Shown here: positions 19,759 through 29,855 of the stretch, piece after piece | Numbering within the stretch: the stretch's first letter is position 1 | Layout of the letters: every line of letters starts with the position of its first letter | Source: an uncultured beta proteobacterium | Lineage (GTDB): Bacteria > Pseudomonadota > Gammaproteobacteria > Burkholderiales > Burkholderiaceae_C | NCBI GenBank assembly: GCA_903927295.1 | Contig: CAIYMN010000301.1 | Span: forward strand, 15,857 to 79,856 | Length of the DNA: 64,000 nt | Direction: 5' to 3' | Made by a program: the position numbers and the translations under genes | The notes under the pieces: generated by a model | Database searches by the model: none | Told to the model about the DNA's origin: nothing | The model's input: only the letters and a program-made list of their open reading frames with translations

Positions 19759-22065
19759 TTAGCTGCTGACTTTTCCGCCCCTCGTTACCAGCCGCTTGGC
19801 AGCAAAACGACGCAACTCCCGATAGGAAACAACGGCCAGTGCCAAACAGATCAGCAGCCCCAGCGCCCCTACCAGCAGCGGATGCATGGAAAACATCCAG
19901 CGCAGGTAGGTGATCCATGGCAAAGAGCCCAAATAGTAGGTGTCAGCAATCTTGGCGTGATCAACATTCTTGTCATCAACAACGACAAAGTCTCCCTGCA
20001 CCCCCGCAACTCGCTCGGAGTCGTTGAGAACATCAGAAATCTTGTGCAAATCATCCGACCTGTCGGCGTACAGGTAAACGACGCTGCGTCCGGATTCCAG
20101 TGGCGACTCAAAAGCCATCATGGTCACCAGTCCGCCAGTGCCCTTGATGTTGACTGAGCCGTCCGGCCGCGGTGAACTTTGCAGATCCTTCTGGGCCCAG
20201 CGATACAGTACTCGGCGGAAAATATCAGGCTCACGCACCCGACGTTCTCCATTGCTCTGCACCATCGGCAAATGATCTGCCCACTTGGCCATCAAGGTTT
20301 GACGTTGCGCAGACCCGATGACCAGCAAATCACGGGAAGAAACCGTCTCCACTTCCGCAGCCGAGACCAGCGCGTGCCGCAGGACCGGGTAGGCAGTGGC
20401 CTCCCCCATGCGTCCCATCATCGCCAGATAGAGGCTGAGCTCATCGGCATTGGGCTGTTCAGGCAAGACAACGGCGGTCTGCGAGAGATCTGCCATGCGT
20501 GTATAGGGGAACCCGATATTGGAAAAATAGGCCAAATTGGGCAGGGCGACATAGTGCGGAAATCCGCTGAAATCCAGTGTTGACTCCGGATCGATCGCAC
20601 CCTGCATATTGTCTGGCAGCGCGTCGCGGCACTCACCCTCCTTGATGGGATCGAAGTAGTAGTGCAACTGCAGTTGGTTACGTCCTCCCACCTGGTAGGG
20701 TGGTACAAACAACAGGTCTTCGCGCACGACGAGATTACTGTCCAGGACCGGCAGGTTCAAACGATTGAGCGCTGTCGCCTTCCTCGTGGGATCATTCAGC
20801 GGCAGGCCCTGCACAAAGTTGCCGTTCACATTGACGTTCAGGCTGGAGTTTTTGCTCAAGGGCATGCTGGTGTAGCGATATTTCAGCTCCATCGGCACAC
20901 CCTGACTGCGCCACGTGAACAGATCAGGCGAAACCCGGAAGTTCACCCGGATCACGTCCGGGAAGTAGCCTTGGACTTCCATTTGATCCTGTGGCGCCAG
21001 TTCACCAAAGCGGACCGGACGATTGGTTGTCACCCAGGCGGGAGCGTCGTAGGGCACTCGCGCGGGCGGCTCTGTCTCAGCCGTCACTGCAGCGCGTTGT
21101 CCGGTCAGCGTGGCATAGTTGAGAACGATGGCACGCGCAGCGCGCAACAGATCCTCATCCTGTTTGCCAGAAACGATCAGCAACTTGGCTCCCGGGACGG
21201 TGGGATGTGCTTCGATCGATATCGATGGTCCACCAGCCGAACCCAGCGCGCCAATGCGTTCACTGCCCTGCATGAAAAGTACGGCATTTCCCTCAGGCAA
21301 AGCGTTCAGCATGACAGGGAACTTTGCGCCGCGGTAGCTGGCCAGACTGCCAAACCACGAGGCCACGATACCGGCCGCCTTCAAAGTTCCCAGCGATGGT
21401 GCAGACGCAAATACAAACGGCAGATTCAGTGTCCTTGCGTCGCCTCTGTTGAAGAACGGTGCCGGCAAGTACTTGAGATTGTTTTCCAGCGTCATCGGCG
21501 CCAGCGTCAACTCGACGGTACCAGCGTTGCTCAAGTTCAGCCAGAGCGAGGAGTGCAGTGGATCTTCACACTTGTAGGTGTAATGCCCGATCAGCCGGAA
21601 ACTGAGTTTGTTGTAATCGGTGAAGAGACGCGGGTCCAGCTCAATTTCACGCTTGTTGCCGATATTCTTGTCGCGCGGCAGTGGCAACACAGTTACCACT
21701 TCATCATTCAGCATGATCTTCAGGTGGCTCAGCTCCGGCAGCAGTGAAGGCGAGTAGCTGTAGTCAATCTTGAATTTTGCGCCGACCACCACTTCATCGG
21801 AGCGAATCGAAAATGGGAACAACCAGGATCCAGAGACACCGCGCAGTTGTACTGGCGTCAAAGCCCCCATTTCCTTCAAACTGATGGTGACCACGCGCTG
21901 CTTTGCCCGCGGCTCCGCAGCCACTTCGGGCGAAGTGACTGCGACCTTGCTGGCCGCGTCCAACACAACGGCCTTGCGCGACTTGGCTTCGATTGGCGTC
22001 ACGCCAAACGCCACCAACATGGCAAGTAACGCGCTCGCGATACGGATCCCTATTGCTTTTTCCAT
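19759..22065 (-). CDS. bcsB: cellulose synthase co-polymerase BcsB
   Basis: YSPSLLPELSHL, IGHYTYKCEDP, LPNLAYFSNIGFPYTRMADLSQT and a C-terminal TM. Start moved to ATG 22065, which has a purine-rich RBS and a signal peptide. Confidence 0.95.
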   Translation of the reverse strand: MEKAIGIRIASALLAMLVAFGVTPIEAKSRKAVVLDAASKVAVTSPEVAAEPRAKQRVVTISLKEMGALTPVQLRGVSGSWLFPFSIRSDEVVVGAKFKIDYSYSPSLLPELSHLKIMLNDEVVTVLPLPRDKNIGNKREIELDPRLFTDYNKLSFRLIGHYTYKCEDPLHSSLWLNLSNAGTVELTLAPMTLENNLKYLPAPFFNRGDARTLNLPFVFASAPSLGTLKAAGIVASWFGSLASYRGAKFPVMLNALPEGNAVLFMQGSERIGALGSAGGPSISIEAHPTVPGAKLLIVSGKQDEDLLRAARAIVLNYATLTGQRAAVTAETEPPARVPYDAPAWVTTNRPVRFGELAPQDQMEVQGYFPDVIRVNFRVSPDLFTWRSQGVPMELKYRYTSMPLSKNSSLNVNVNGNFVQGLPLNDPTRKATALNRLNLPVLDSNLVVREDLLFVPPYQVGGRNQLQLHYYFDPIKEGECRDALPDNMQGAIDPESTLDFSGFPHYVALPNLAYFSNIGFPYTRMADLSQTAVVLPEQPNADELSLYLAMMGRMGEATAYPVLRHALVSAAEVETVSSRDLLVIGSAQRQTLMAKWADHLPMVQSNGERRVREPDIFRRVLYRWAQKDLQSSPRPDGSVNIKGTGGLVTMMAFESPLESGRSVVYLYADRSDDLHKISDVLNDSERVAGVQGDFVVVDDKNVDHAKIADTYYLGSLPWITYLRWMFSMHPLLVGALGLLICLALAVVSYRELRRFAAKRLVTRGGKVSS

Positions 22066-24323
22066 ATTCCCATCCTTAAACGTTTCCAGGTCATGGCCCC
22101 GGTTCCTACGCGCAAACGTCGCCACGGTATGGTCCCGGCCAAGCTTAACAAGAAGCGGCTCAGGCCCTGGCGGCTGATAATGAACACTTCCTTGAAGCCC
22201 CGCAAGGGATGATCCGTATCCCGATCCGGTAGCCACTCCTGCCAGGCATCGCCGCGCGAAAAAGTGGCTGCAACCAGCGCCTGGTAGTCATCGAGTTGCA
22301 TTCCTTCAAAGCGCAGTCGCAACACGGCGCCCTGGCTGAAGGCCACGACGGCCGGAAATGAAAACTCCCGCTCACCGCGGAAGATCGACACACTGACCGG
22401 AGCATTCTTCTCCAGCACCAGAGAGGTTGGCAACTTCAGAGCCAAGCCGCCTTCCGAAAAATCTTCCGTTTCACATACCATGGTGCGCCCATTGGGCAAT
22501 CGAACCATCGCCGGCATCGCCAACTGAACCCGCCAGTGACTGCGAATCTGACGTGCTTCCAGCGCCACCGCCAATGTTGCCCACAACAACATCAGGTTAT
22601 AGAGCGTCCAGACAAGATTCAGTACCACGGTACCGATCTCGTGTGTATTCCACCAGAACAGCCGGCCGATCCCGATCACCAGGCCCAGCAGATTGAGTCC
22701 CAGGATGATCAGGTAAGGTAGCGAAATTCTCCAGTCGAAATACTCCCGATCGACCAGTCCACCCTTTTTTGTCACATTGAATTGCCCGAACTTGGGGCTG
22801 ATCAGTGCCAATGTGGTTGGCACCAGAATGTACCAAGCCAGGGCAGTCTCATACACCTCGGCCCACAGGTTGTGACGGAACTTGCCCTGCATGCGAGAGT
22901 TGGCAATGTTGGCCTGAATCAAGTGCGGCAGCGCGTACGCCGCAATCAGGTCGGCTGAAACCTGAATGATGTGGGCCTGGAAAAACATATAGGCCAGTGG
23001 CGCGGTCAGAAACACCACGCGCGGAAAGCCATAAAAGAAATGAATCATGGCATTGAGGTAACACAGGCGCTGTTGCCAGTTCAGTCCCTTGCCCATGAGC
23101 GGATTGTCAACCCGGAAAATCTGCGCCATGCCACGCGCCCAGCGGATACGCTGCCCCACGTGCGCTGACAAGCTCTCGGTCGCCAGTCCTGCTGCCTGCA
23201 CGATGCCGATATAGGCCGTGGTATAGCCCAAGCGGTGCATTTTGAGTGATGTGTGGGCATCTTCCGTCACCGTCTCTATCGCAATGCCACCAATGGCAAG
23301 CAAGCTCGTGCGCCGCAGAACGGCGCAGGAGCCGCAGAAGAAGGTCGCATTCCACAGGTCGTTGCCGTCCTGCACCAATCCATAAAACAACTCACCCTCA
23401 TTGGGCATGTTACGGAACAGGCCGAGGTTGCGCTCAAAGGGATCAGGCGAAAGAAAATGGTGCGGCGTCTGCAGCATTCCCAATTGGGGCTCCTCCAGAA
23501 ACCAGCCCACCGTGGTCTGCAAAAAGGTCCGGGTCGGAATGTGGTCGCAATCGAAGATCGCGACCAATTCACCATTCGAGACTGCCAGACCAGCGTTGAG
23601 ATTACCGGCTTTGGCATGCAAATTGTCCGATCGCGTCAGATAGACCGCACCGACCGACTCTGAAAATTCACGAAATTCCGGTCGTCTCCCATCGTCAAGG
23701 ACATAGACCTTGATCTTGTCACGCGGCCAGTCCAGCGCCAGCGCTGCCATGACCGTCGGACGGACCACCGACAGAGGTTCGTTGTAAGTTGGGACAAAAA
23801 TATCTACCGTTGGCCACAACGACAGGTCCTGCGGCATCAGCACGGGCTTTCTCTTCAGCGGCCACGATGTCTGAAAAAACCCGAGCACGAGCACCAGCCA
23901 GGCGTACAACTCAGCGCACAGCAGTCCGATGCCAAACATCATGTCACTGTTGAACTCCTGCCCGAGTGTCGCAGTGAAACGCCAGTAAATATAGCGGGTC
24001 GAAGCAACCAGGGACATCGAGATCAGCACCAGCACCACCAGAGTCCCGACATAACGCCTGATGTACAGCGACACGGCACAAAAGATGACCGAAAAAACCA
24101 ATTGCTCGCTCAACTGGAAGGGAATGCTGGTAATCAGTGCCAGACCCATCACACAACCGACCGCAGTCGCAATCACAACGCCGGGCAGCGCCCACACCGG
24201 TGAATCGATAAGCTGATTGCCCAGGGCATTGAGCGCGCCGTACAAGTAGCGCGGATTGAGACTGGAGCGGCTGCTAGGCCCCCAACGCTCACGCCACTGC
24301 GCCAGGAGAGCCAGCAGTTTCAT
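22050..24323 (-). CDS. bcsA: cellulose synthase catalytic subunit BcsA
   Basis: DDG, HAKAGN, FDCD, QTPH, FFCGS, TED and QRIRW motifs; PilZ motifs RSHWR and DFSEGG. Start at ATG 24323, coupled to the bcsQ stop (TGATG). Confidence 0.97.
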   Translation of the reverse strand: MKLLALLAQWRERWGPSSRSSLNPRYLYGALNALGNQLIDSPVWALPGVVIATAVGCVMGLALITSIPFQLSEQLVFSVIFCAVSLYIRRYVGTLVVLVLISMSLVASTRYIYWRFTATLGQEFNSDMMFGIGLLCAELYAWLVLVLGFFQTSWPLKRKPVLMPQDLSLWPTVDIFVPTYNEPLSVVRPTVMAALALDWPRDKIKVYVLDDGRRPEFREFSESVGAVYLTRSDNLHAKAGNLNAGLAVSNGELVAIFDCDHIPTRTFLQTTVGWFLEEPQLGMLQTPHHFLSPDPFERNLGLFRNMPNEGELFYGLVQDGNDLWNATFFCGSCAVLRRTSLLAIGGIAIETVTEDAHTSLKMHRLGYTTAYIGIVQAAGLATESLSAHVGQRIRWARGMAQIFRVDNPLMGKGLNWQQRLCYLNAMIHFFYGFPRVVFLTAPLAYMFFQAHIIQVSADLIAAYALPHLIQANIANSRMQGKFRHNLWAEVYETALAWYILVPTTLALISPKFGQFNVTKKGGLVDREYFDWRISLPYLIILGLNLLGLVIGIGRLFWWNTHEIGTVVLNLVWTLYNLMLLWATLAVALEARQIRSHWRVQLAMPAMVRLPNGRTMVCETEDFSEGGLALKLPTSLVLEKNAPVSVSIFRGEREFSFPAVVAFSQGAVLRLRFEGMQLDDYQALVAATFSRGDAWQEWLPDRDTDHPLRGFKEVFIISRQGLSRFLLSLAGTIPWRRLRVGTGAMTWKRLRMGIWKKQ

Positions 24324-25084
24324 CAATTGACAGATTCCATAAGCCAGCCCGCCAGTCGCTTCACGTCCTGCGTTGCCTGGCAATGGGGGTCATAGCTGAG
24401 CACCGGTTGCTGGAACGCCAGGGCTTCACTGACGGCTTCATCACGGTGAATACCAATACGCGCCAAACGTTGCCCCAGATGCTGACGCAGCACCTCGGAC
24501 ACATCGCGGTTCAGTGAAACCGTCGAATCAATCTGGTTGAGAACGTAGACGCTGACGAGCGAAGGCCGCTGCGCGGAAATTTCATCGATCCAGGACTCCA
24601 TCGCCGGAATCGTCGCGTAAGAGCCGGCATCTGCCAACAACACAATCACGGCAACATCGGCACAGGCAAAAGCCTGATGCAGATAGACCGATGGCCCGGG
24701 TGGCGTGTCGATCAATACGACATGGTCGTCCTCAAAGCCGGCTCGTGCCAATTGTTCCCAAACCCACTGCGGCTGCTCGGACAGCAGTTCCTCAAACGCT
24801 TCTCGCTCAGGCTCACTGGCTTCGCCGTAAGGCATGCACGTAACACCAAACTTGCTCGGGAATGAAACCCCGTTCCAGTTTGCGGAGGTCAAGGACTGGC
24901 GGCATACACCCTCCTTCAACCCGGTACCGAGCCCGAAATGCAGATGCAGAGAGTTTTGCGGATCAAGGTCGAGCACGGCAACCCGCCCCTCGCCCAACTG
25001 CGCGGCAAATGCCGCGGCAAGATTGGCCGTAGTCGAGGTCTTGCCAACGCCGCCCTTCATCGATACCACCGCGATCAGAATCAT
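24323..25084 (-). CDS. bcsQ: cellulose biosynthesis ATPase BcsQ/YhjQ
   Basis: KGGVGKTS, DLDPQN, DTPPG and HRDEAVSEALA; directly upstream of bcsA. Confidence 0.92.
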   Translation of the reverse strand: MILIAVVSMKGGVGKTSTTANLAAAFAAQLGEGRVAVLDLDPQNSLHLHFGLGTGLKEGVCRQSLTSANWNGVSFPSKFGVTCMPYGEASEPEREAFEELLSEQPQWVWEQLARAGFEDDHVVLIDTPPGPSVYLHQAFACADVAVIVLLADAGSYATIPAMESWIDEISAQRPSLVSVYVLNQIDSTVSLNRDVSEVLRQHLGQRLARIGIHRDEAVSEALAFQQPVLSYDPHCQATQDVKRLAGWLMESVN

Positions 25085-25815
25085 CCTCTACCCAACCGTT
25101 TCATGAAGGAGGGTCGGCTGTTGGTCTTTTTGGCTACCGGTTCTTCCTGTCCGGCAAGCCGCCTGAATGTGCTTGCCAGCGAAGCCGTGGTGCTGCTCGC
25201 AGCCTCTTGTTTGCGGACCACGGGCGCCGCCTCAGCACGAGCAAACAGTCCGCCCTTCTTCGGGCGAGTCGACTTTGCAGGCTCGGCACGTGCAAACAAG
25301 GTGCTTTCCCGGGGACGCTCGATAGACTTGGGCTTGGGCGCAAATATGGGAGCCGGTGCGGCCTCGCTCGGCGCCTGAAACCCACGCGCTCTGCTCGTGG
25401 GTCGTGCTGGGCGGGGGGCCGCTGGTCGAGGCGCAGCTGCGCGCACCAACGGTGGAGGTGCTGCCTCGGCAACGGGACGCGCAATCGGTCTGGCTGGCGC
25501 TGGCGCTACTGGCGTCGGAACACGGTCGGACATCTGCCGAAGACCCTTGGCCAGTTTGGATCCCAGTCGCGGCATCGCGCGAGACGGCTCACGCAAGCGC
25601 GGCGCCGCTGATTCCTTGCTGCTCCAAAGGTGATTTTTTTGTGCTGCTGACAAGACCGGCGGTGCTTCCTGCCGCTCAGGCGCCATGGATTTGAGCAGCG
25701 GCCAGCGCTGCTCGGCTGCCCCAGCCTCGGCACTGCGAGCCAACTCGCGGAAGTTGCTGCCATCCGCACCAAACGACTTAAACAGCGCGCCAACATCGTT
25801 ACCCTGACTTGCCAT
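25081..25815 (-). CDS. bcsP: BcsP (BcsR-like N-terminus, Pro-rich scaffold)
   Basis: NDVGALFKSFG...FRELA...RWPLL N-terminus, Pro/Ala/Arg-rich body; lies between bcsD and bcsQ. Confidence 0.8.
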   Translation of the reverse strand: MASQGNDVGALFKSFGADGSNFRELARSAEAGAAEQRWPLLKSMAPERQEAPPVLSAAQKNHLWSSKESAAPRLREPSRAMPRLGSKLAKGLRQMSDRVPTPVAPAPARPIARPVAEAAPPPLVRAAAPRPAAPRPARPTSRARGFQAPSEAAPAPIFAPKPKSIERPRESTLFARAEPAKSTRPKKGGLFARAEAAPVVRKQEAASSTTASLASTFRRLAGQEEPVAKKTNSRPSFMKRLGRG

Positions 25816-25878
25816 TTCTATGCCTTCGAATATCGTTTTGTTGAACCGCCCACAGTGGCACCAAGCTGACGAAGCACT

Positions 25879-26349
25879 TCACCGTCCAAATTTCAGGCGC
25901 ACCGTCATCCCGCCTGATTCCTCCAGCAGTCCGGTAACCACCATCGAATCGCCAGCACCCAGTACCTTGAAAACACTCTCGTAAAAACCCTCAAGCAAGC
26001 CTATGCTCCACTCCAGCGCGTCGTCACCGAAGGCCTCAGCCAAGGGCGCTGCCTGATGTGTGATTTCGATCACGCCGCGGGCTTCTGTCAGTTCCACCCA
26101 ACCCCAGTTCAAACTGGACCAAAGGTCATTAAGGCGTTCTTCCAATTGAGCGAGCGTTTCAGTGCCCTCAAAGCGCTCTGCGGTATCGCCAGCAAAACGA
26201 GCTCCCGCACTGAAAAAAAGTTTTTGTAAATCCTCAGGGCTTGCCATCTCGCCAAGTTCCTGCGCCAAAGCGCGCAAGACCGGCGCCCACTGCAGGGAAA
26301 CCTGCTGTGACCGGAAGTAGTTTTCCATATCCATAGTGCTATCTGGCAT
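25879..26349 (-). CDS. bcsD: cellulose synthase subunit BcsD
   Basis: 156 aa with QWAPVLRALAQEL, LNDLWSSLNWGWVEL and LLEGFYESVF; first gene of the bcs operon. Confidence 0.85.
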   Translation of the reverse strand: MPDSTMDMENYFRSQQVSLQWAPVLRALAQELGEMASPEDLQKLFFSAGARFAGDTAERFEGTETLAQLEERLNDLWSSLNWGWVELTEARGVIEITHQAAPLAEAFGDDALEWSIGLLEGFYESVFKVLGAGDSMVVTGLLEESGGMTVRLKFGR

Positions 26350-26596
26350 TTACCTATTATTAATTAGTCATCGGCGCGGACAGTCCCTGCCTGTTGGATT
26401 TTCGATACACGACGACAACAGATTGTGCCATGACTGCCTCCGTTTTGTGCGTCCCAGTGCAATGTCGCAACGCTTGACAGCGCAGATGGAGATAATGCAG
26501 AATCAGTTCAAGCTGACAATAGGCTGAAGCAGGGTTCGGCGCCACCATCCGAGCGTTATCATGACGCCATTGTTTTCATAGTTCCGGGAGTCCAAA

Positions 26597-26923
26597 ATGG
26601 CAAAAGTTGACGGACATAGTGCACACAAGCAGGCACGGCGAACCAGAATCAATGCGAGATTGCCCGTCAACGTTAACGGCGTAAGGGGCGTCACCCGCGA
26701 TATCAGCACCACCGGCATGTTCATCATCCAGACCATTCAGCATGAAATGGGCTCGCACGTTGACTTCTGGCTGGACATGGATACCCCTGAAGGCAAGGTC
26801 AAATTGTGCTGCAAGGGCGAAGTCATGCGGATTGAGAAGGTCGACGGCAAGGTCGGTATCGGCGTCAAGATTCTCAGCCAGGAAAGGCAGAGTTTCGCTA
26901 CCGATGACGCATTTTCTGCGTAG
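26597..26923 (+). CDS. stand-alone PilZ domain protein
   Basis: RxxxR (RINAR) and DxSxxG (DISTTG) motifs, 108 aa. Confidence 0.8.
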   Translation: MAKVDGHSAHKQARRTRINARLPVNVNGVRGVTRDISTTGMFIIQTIQHEMGSHVDFWLDMDTPEGKVKLCCKGEVMRIEKVDGKVGIGVKILSQERQSFATDDAFSA

Positions 26924-27023
26924 ATTGAACTGTCGGTTGCCACCGCCCTTTGAGCTGTCCGAGCAAGCAAATTCGGCGCTAGCGTGGCTGGCCCGGCCTG
27001 AGTCGGGTATCAGAACTGGCCTC

Positions 27024-27053
27024 AAAATGGATTGCATCGCAATCCATTTTTTT
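27024..27053 (+). terminator. Rho-independent terminator downstream of the pilZ gene
   Basis: Perfect 12-bp inverted repeat AAAATGGATTGC-ATC-GCAATCCATTTT running into a T7 tract. Confidence 0.65.
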
Positions 27054-27213
27054 GCCTAGAATCGGAATATCAGCCTCACTTGACAAACCTAGCCAGCCCA
27101 CAACCTCTGACCAATGACTTTTGAGCCATCTCTGTTATCAGAAGCACCCCAGCATTTCCGCCGGGTGGTCAGACACGCGCAAGCAGTTGGTCTGCTCCAA
27201 ACCCTGTCAAGCG

Positions 27214-28635
27214 ATGAATAGAACAATCGCAAGCCCCTCAGCGGCCTCGTTCAGCCGTGGGTCACAACCGGCCTCACTGGGTAAGGACAACTTACTGCGC
27301 ATTTTCGAGCTCACATTGGGCCCGAGTGCATTGATACTTTCGTTGTGGGGCCTGGCCTTCTATTTTGAGGCTGAGGTTCACTCGGCCTACGTCATATTGT
27401 CGATACTTGTCTTCGCGCTCACTTTTCCAGGCCAAGCCAGATTGCAAGCCTCGCTGTTCTCGGGTTTTGTCAGCATTGCCCTCTCCTGGTTGTGGGTCGC
27501 CGGCTTGTTGCTGATTATCGGGTTTGCTTCGGGCAACATCCATCAGTTTTCGAAGTCGGTTATTTACACCTGGTTGTGGCTGGCCCCCCTATCCGAGTTT
27601 GGCGCGTGTCTGCTGCTGCGTGCAGTTGCACCGGTGCTGCTCAAGCTCCAGGGCCCGCTGCAGCGGGCCATCATTGTGGGCATGAACGAGCAGGGCCTGG
27701 CTCTGGCTTGCAGGATCACGGACGCCAGCTATGCCCGCATCGAGCTTGTTGGTTTTGTCGATGACCGGCAAACCGCGCGGCAGGCATCCCCTGTGACCCA
27801 CAAGGTACTGGGCACACAGGAACAGCTTCTCGGCCTGGTCCGCAGCGAGCGCATCCAGATTATTTACCTGTCGCTGCCCATGGCATCGCAGCCACGTATC
27901 CTGCATATCCTCGACGAACTCAAAGACACTACCGCCTCCATCTATTTTGTGCCGGACATGTTTGTTACCGACCTGATCCAGGCGCATCCGGACTCGGTTT
28001 GCGGTATGCCTGTCATCTCGGTATGCGAGACGCCATTCAAAGGTGCTGACGGTGTCTTCAAACGCCTTAGTGACATCGTTCTGTCCGTACTCATCCTGAT
28101 CCTGATCACGCCTTTGCTTATCCTCATTGCGTTGGCGGTCAAGATCGGGTCGCCCGGCCCCATCATTTTCAAGCAACGCCGCTGCGGGCTCGATGGGCAA
28201 GAGATCATCATTTACAAATTTCGCTCGATGACCGTCACAGAGGACGGTGAAAACATTGAGCAGGCCACACCGAACGACGCTCGCATCACCCGGCTGGGTG
28301 CCTTGCTGCGGCGCACCTCATGCGATGAATTGCCGCAGTTCATCAACGTGTTGCAGGGTCGCATGAGCATTGTGGGGCCGCGCCCGCACGCGGTTGCGCA
28401 CAACGAGCTTTACCGCAAGCTCATCAAAGGCTATATGGTGCGCCACAAAGTCAAGCCCGGCATCACTGGTTGGGCGCAAGTCAACGGCTACCGGGGTGAA
28501 ACCAGGACGCTGGACAAAATGCAGAGTCGCATTGACTTTGACCTTGACTACCTGCGCAACTGGTCAGTGCGGCTGGACCTGTACATCATTTACAAGACCA
28601 TAGGCCTCGTTATCAAAGATCAAATGGCGTATTGA
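27214..28635 (+). CDS. undecaprenyl-phosphate glucose phosphotransferase (WcaJ/EpsB type priming transferase)
   Basis: KRLSDI, YKFRSM, DELPQFINVLQGRMSIVGPRPHA and KPGITGWAQVNG. Start at ATG 27214 preferred. Confidence 0.93.
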   Translation: MNRTIASPSAASFSRGSQPASLGKDNLLRIFELTLGPSALILSLWGLAFYFEAEVHSAYVILSILVFALTFPGQARLQASLFSGFVSIALSWLWVAGLLLIIGFASGNIHQFSKSVIYTWLWLAPLSEFGACLLLRAVAPVLLKLQGPLQRAIIVGMNEQGLALACRITDASYARIELVGFVDDRQTARQASPVTHKVLGTQEQLLGLVRSERIQIIYLSLPMASQPRILHILDELKDTTASIYFVPDMFVTDLIQAHPDSVCGMPVISVCETPFKGADGVFKRLSDIVLSVLILILITPLLILIALAVKIGSPGPIIFKQRRCGLDGQEIIIYKFRSMTVTEDGENIEQATPNDARITRLGALLRRTSCDELPQFINVLQGRMSIVGPRPHAVAHNELYRKLIKGYMVRHKVKPGITGWAQVNGYRGETRTLDKMQSRIDFDLDYLRNWSVRLDLYIIYKTIGLVIKDQMAY

Positions 28636-28637
28636 CC

Positions 28638-29843
28638 ATGAGGTGGCAATGTCGATTCTGGCTGCCACTGGCCTTGATGCTGTTGTGCTGCGGGTCGTCA
28701 CTGGCACAGAGCAGCGACACACTCAAGCTCAAGATTGAGTCGTCACTGCGGTTTGACAACAACCTGTTTCGCCTGCCGGCCGATGCCAACCTGACTGCCC
28801 TGATCGGCACCGCCAGCGGCGCGGAAAGAATCGACATCAATACGCTGAGCCTCAATTTCAGCACAACGCTGAGTCTGCAAAAACTGGAACTGTCTGCCAG
28901 CGTGACCAACTACCGCTACGAGAACTTCAGCTATTTGAGCTTTGTGGCCCACAATTACAACGCCGCCTGGCACTGGGCGCTAACGCCTCGTCTGCATGGC
29001 AACCTTGGCAGCCAGCGCCAGGAAGTGCTCAACAGTTTTGCCGACTACCAGGGTTTCAACCTGCAAAACGTGCGTAGCAGCATCAACAACCGCATGGACG
29101 CAGCCTATGACCTGGACGGCGCCTGGAGCCTGAACGCAGGTGTCTCGCAATCTACCCAAACCAACCAGCAAACCCTGATAGCCGAAGGCGACTACAGCGC
29201 GAAGTCGATTGAGCTGGGCCTGCGTTACACGGCTGGATCAGGCAGCACCTTGAGCTACACGCTGCGCAACAACAACGGCACCTACCTAAATCGGGTTTTG
29301 CCATCATCTGGCCTGTACGACGACAGTTACCAGCAGATGGACAGCGAACTCAAGTTGCATTGGGTCCCTTCAGGCAAGAGCGTCGCTGACATCTACACGA
29401 GCCAGATCAGCCGCAGCCACCCCAACTATGCACCGAGGGACTTCGGCGGCCGCAACGCGGGTGTCAACTTCAACTGGAGTCTTACTGGCAAGTCGGCCCT
29501 GGCGGCAAGTTGGGTACGTGAACTCGCCAGCTACCAGACCAGCACTTCAAACTACAGTCGGACCGATCGCGTTTCGCTTGGACCTGTTTGGCAACCCAGC
29601 CCAAAGACGCTGGTGCGCGCACGCTACGAGCTAGCCCAGAGCGACTATCTGGGCTCGCCGTTTGGCCCGGTTGCAACACCGCGCAGCGACAGCACCAGCG
29701 CCGCCAGCCTGTCTTTTGACTGGCAACCCCATCAGTACCTTACCATCAGCACTTCGCTGGAGAATGCCAGTCGCAAATCCAACTTGGCAGGCCTTGACTA
29801 TGAGAGCAAAATGGCGACTGTTTCGGCCCAATTCAGTTACTGA
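28638..29843 (+). CDS. epsL: exosortase-B-associated outer-membrane beta-barrel protein EpsL
   Basis: Signal peptide, FDNNLFRL motif, beta-strand pattern ending VSAQFSY; eps cluster position. Confidence 0.75.
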   Translation: MRWQCRFWLPLALMLLCCGSSLAQSSDTLKLKIESSLRFDNNLFRLPADANLTALIGTASGAERIDINTLSLNFSTTLSLQKLELSASVTNYRYENFSYLSFVAHNYNAAWHWALTPRLHGNLGSQRQEVLNSFADYQGFNLQNVRSSINNRMDAAYDLDGAWSLNAGVSQSTQTNQQTLIAEGDYSAKSIELGLRYTAGSGSTLSYTLRNNNGTYLNRVLPSSGLYDDSYQQMDSELKLHWVPSGKSVADIYTSQISRSHPNYAPRDFGGRNAGVNFNWSLTGKSALAASWVRELASYQTSTSNYSRTDRVSLGPVWQPSPKTLVRARYELAQSDYLGSPFGPVATPRSDSTSAASLSFDWQPHQYLTISTSLENASRKSNLAGLDYESKMATVSAQFSY

Positions 29844-29855
29844 CTTTCAAGCAAT

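Noticed and set aside
22068-22130. Short duplicated peptide WRRLRVG / WKRLRMG at the BcsA C-terminus
   Set aside because: Too short and diverged to distinguish from chance in an amphipathic basic tail
19733-24383. Extended N-termini of bcsZ (19918), bcsB (22236) and bcsA (24383) in the ORF track
   Set aside because: They overlap upstream genes; downstream ATGs give signal peptides or stop/start coupling
25856-25870. TGGCAC sigma-54-like element between bcsP and bcsD
   Set aside because: No TTGC at the -12 position, and it is on the strand opposite the operon
26360-26548. Small ORFs in the bcsD-pilZ intergenic region
   Set aside because: No motifs or clear RBS; the region is better explained as divergent promoters
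27080-27085. Perfect TTGACA upstream of the priming transferase
   Set aside because: No plausible -10 hexamer at 16-18 bp spacing
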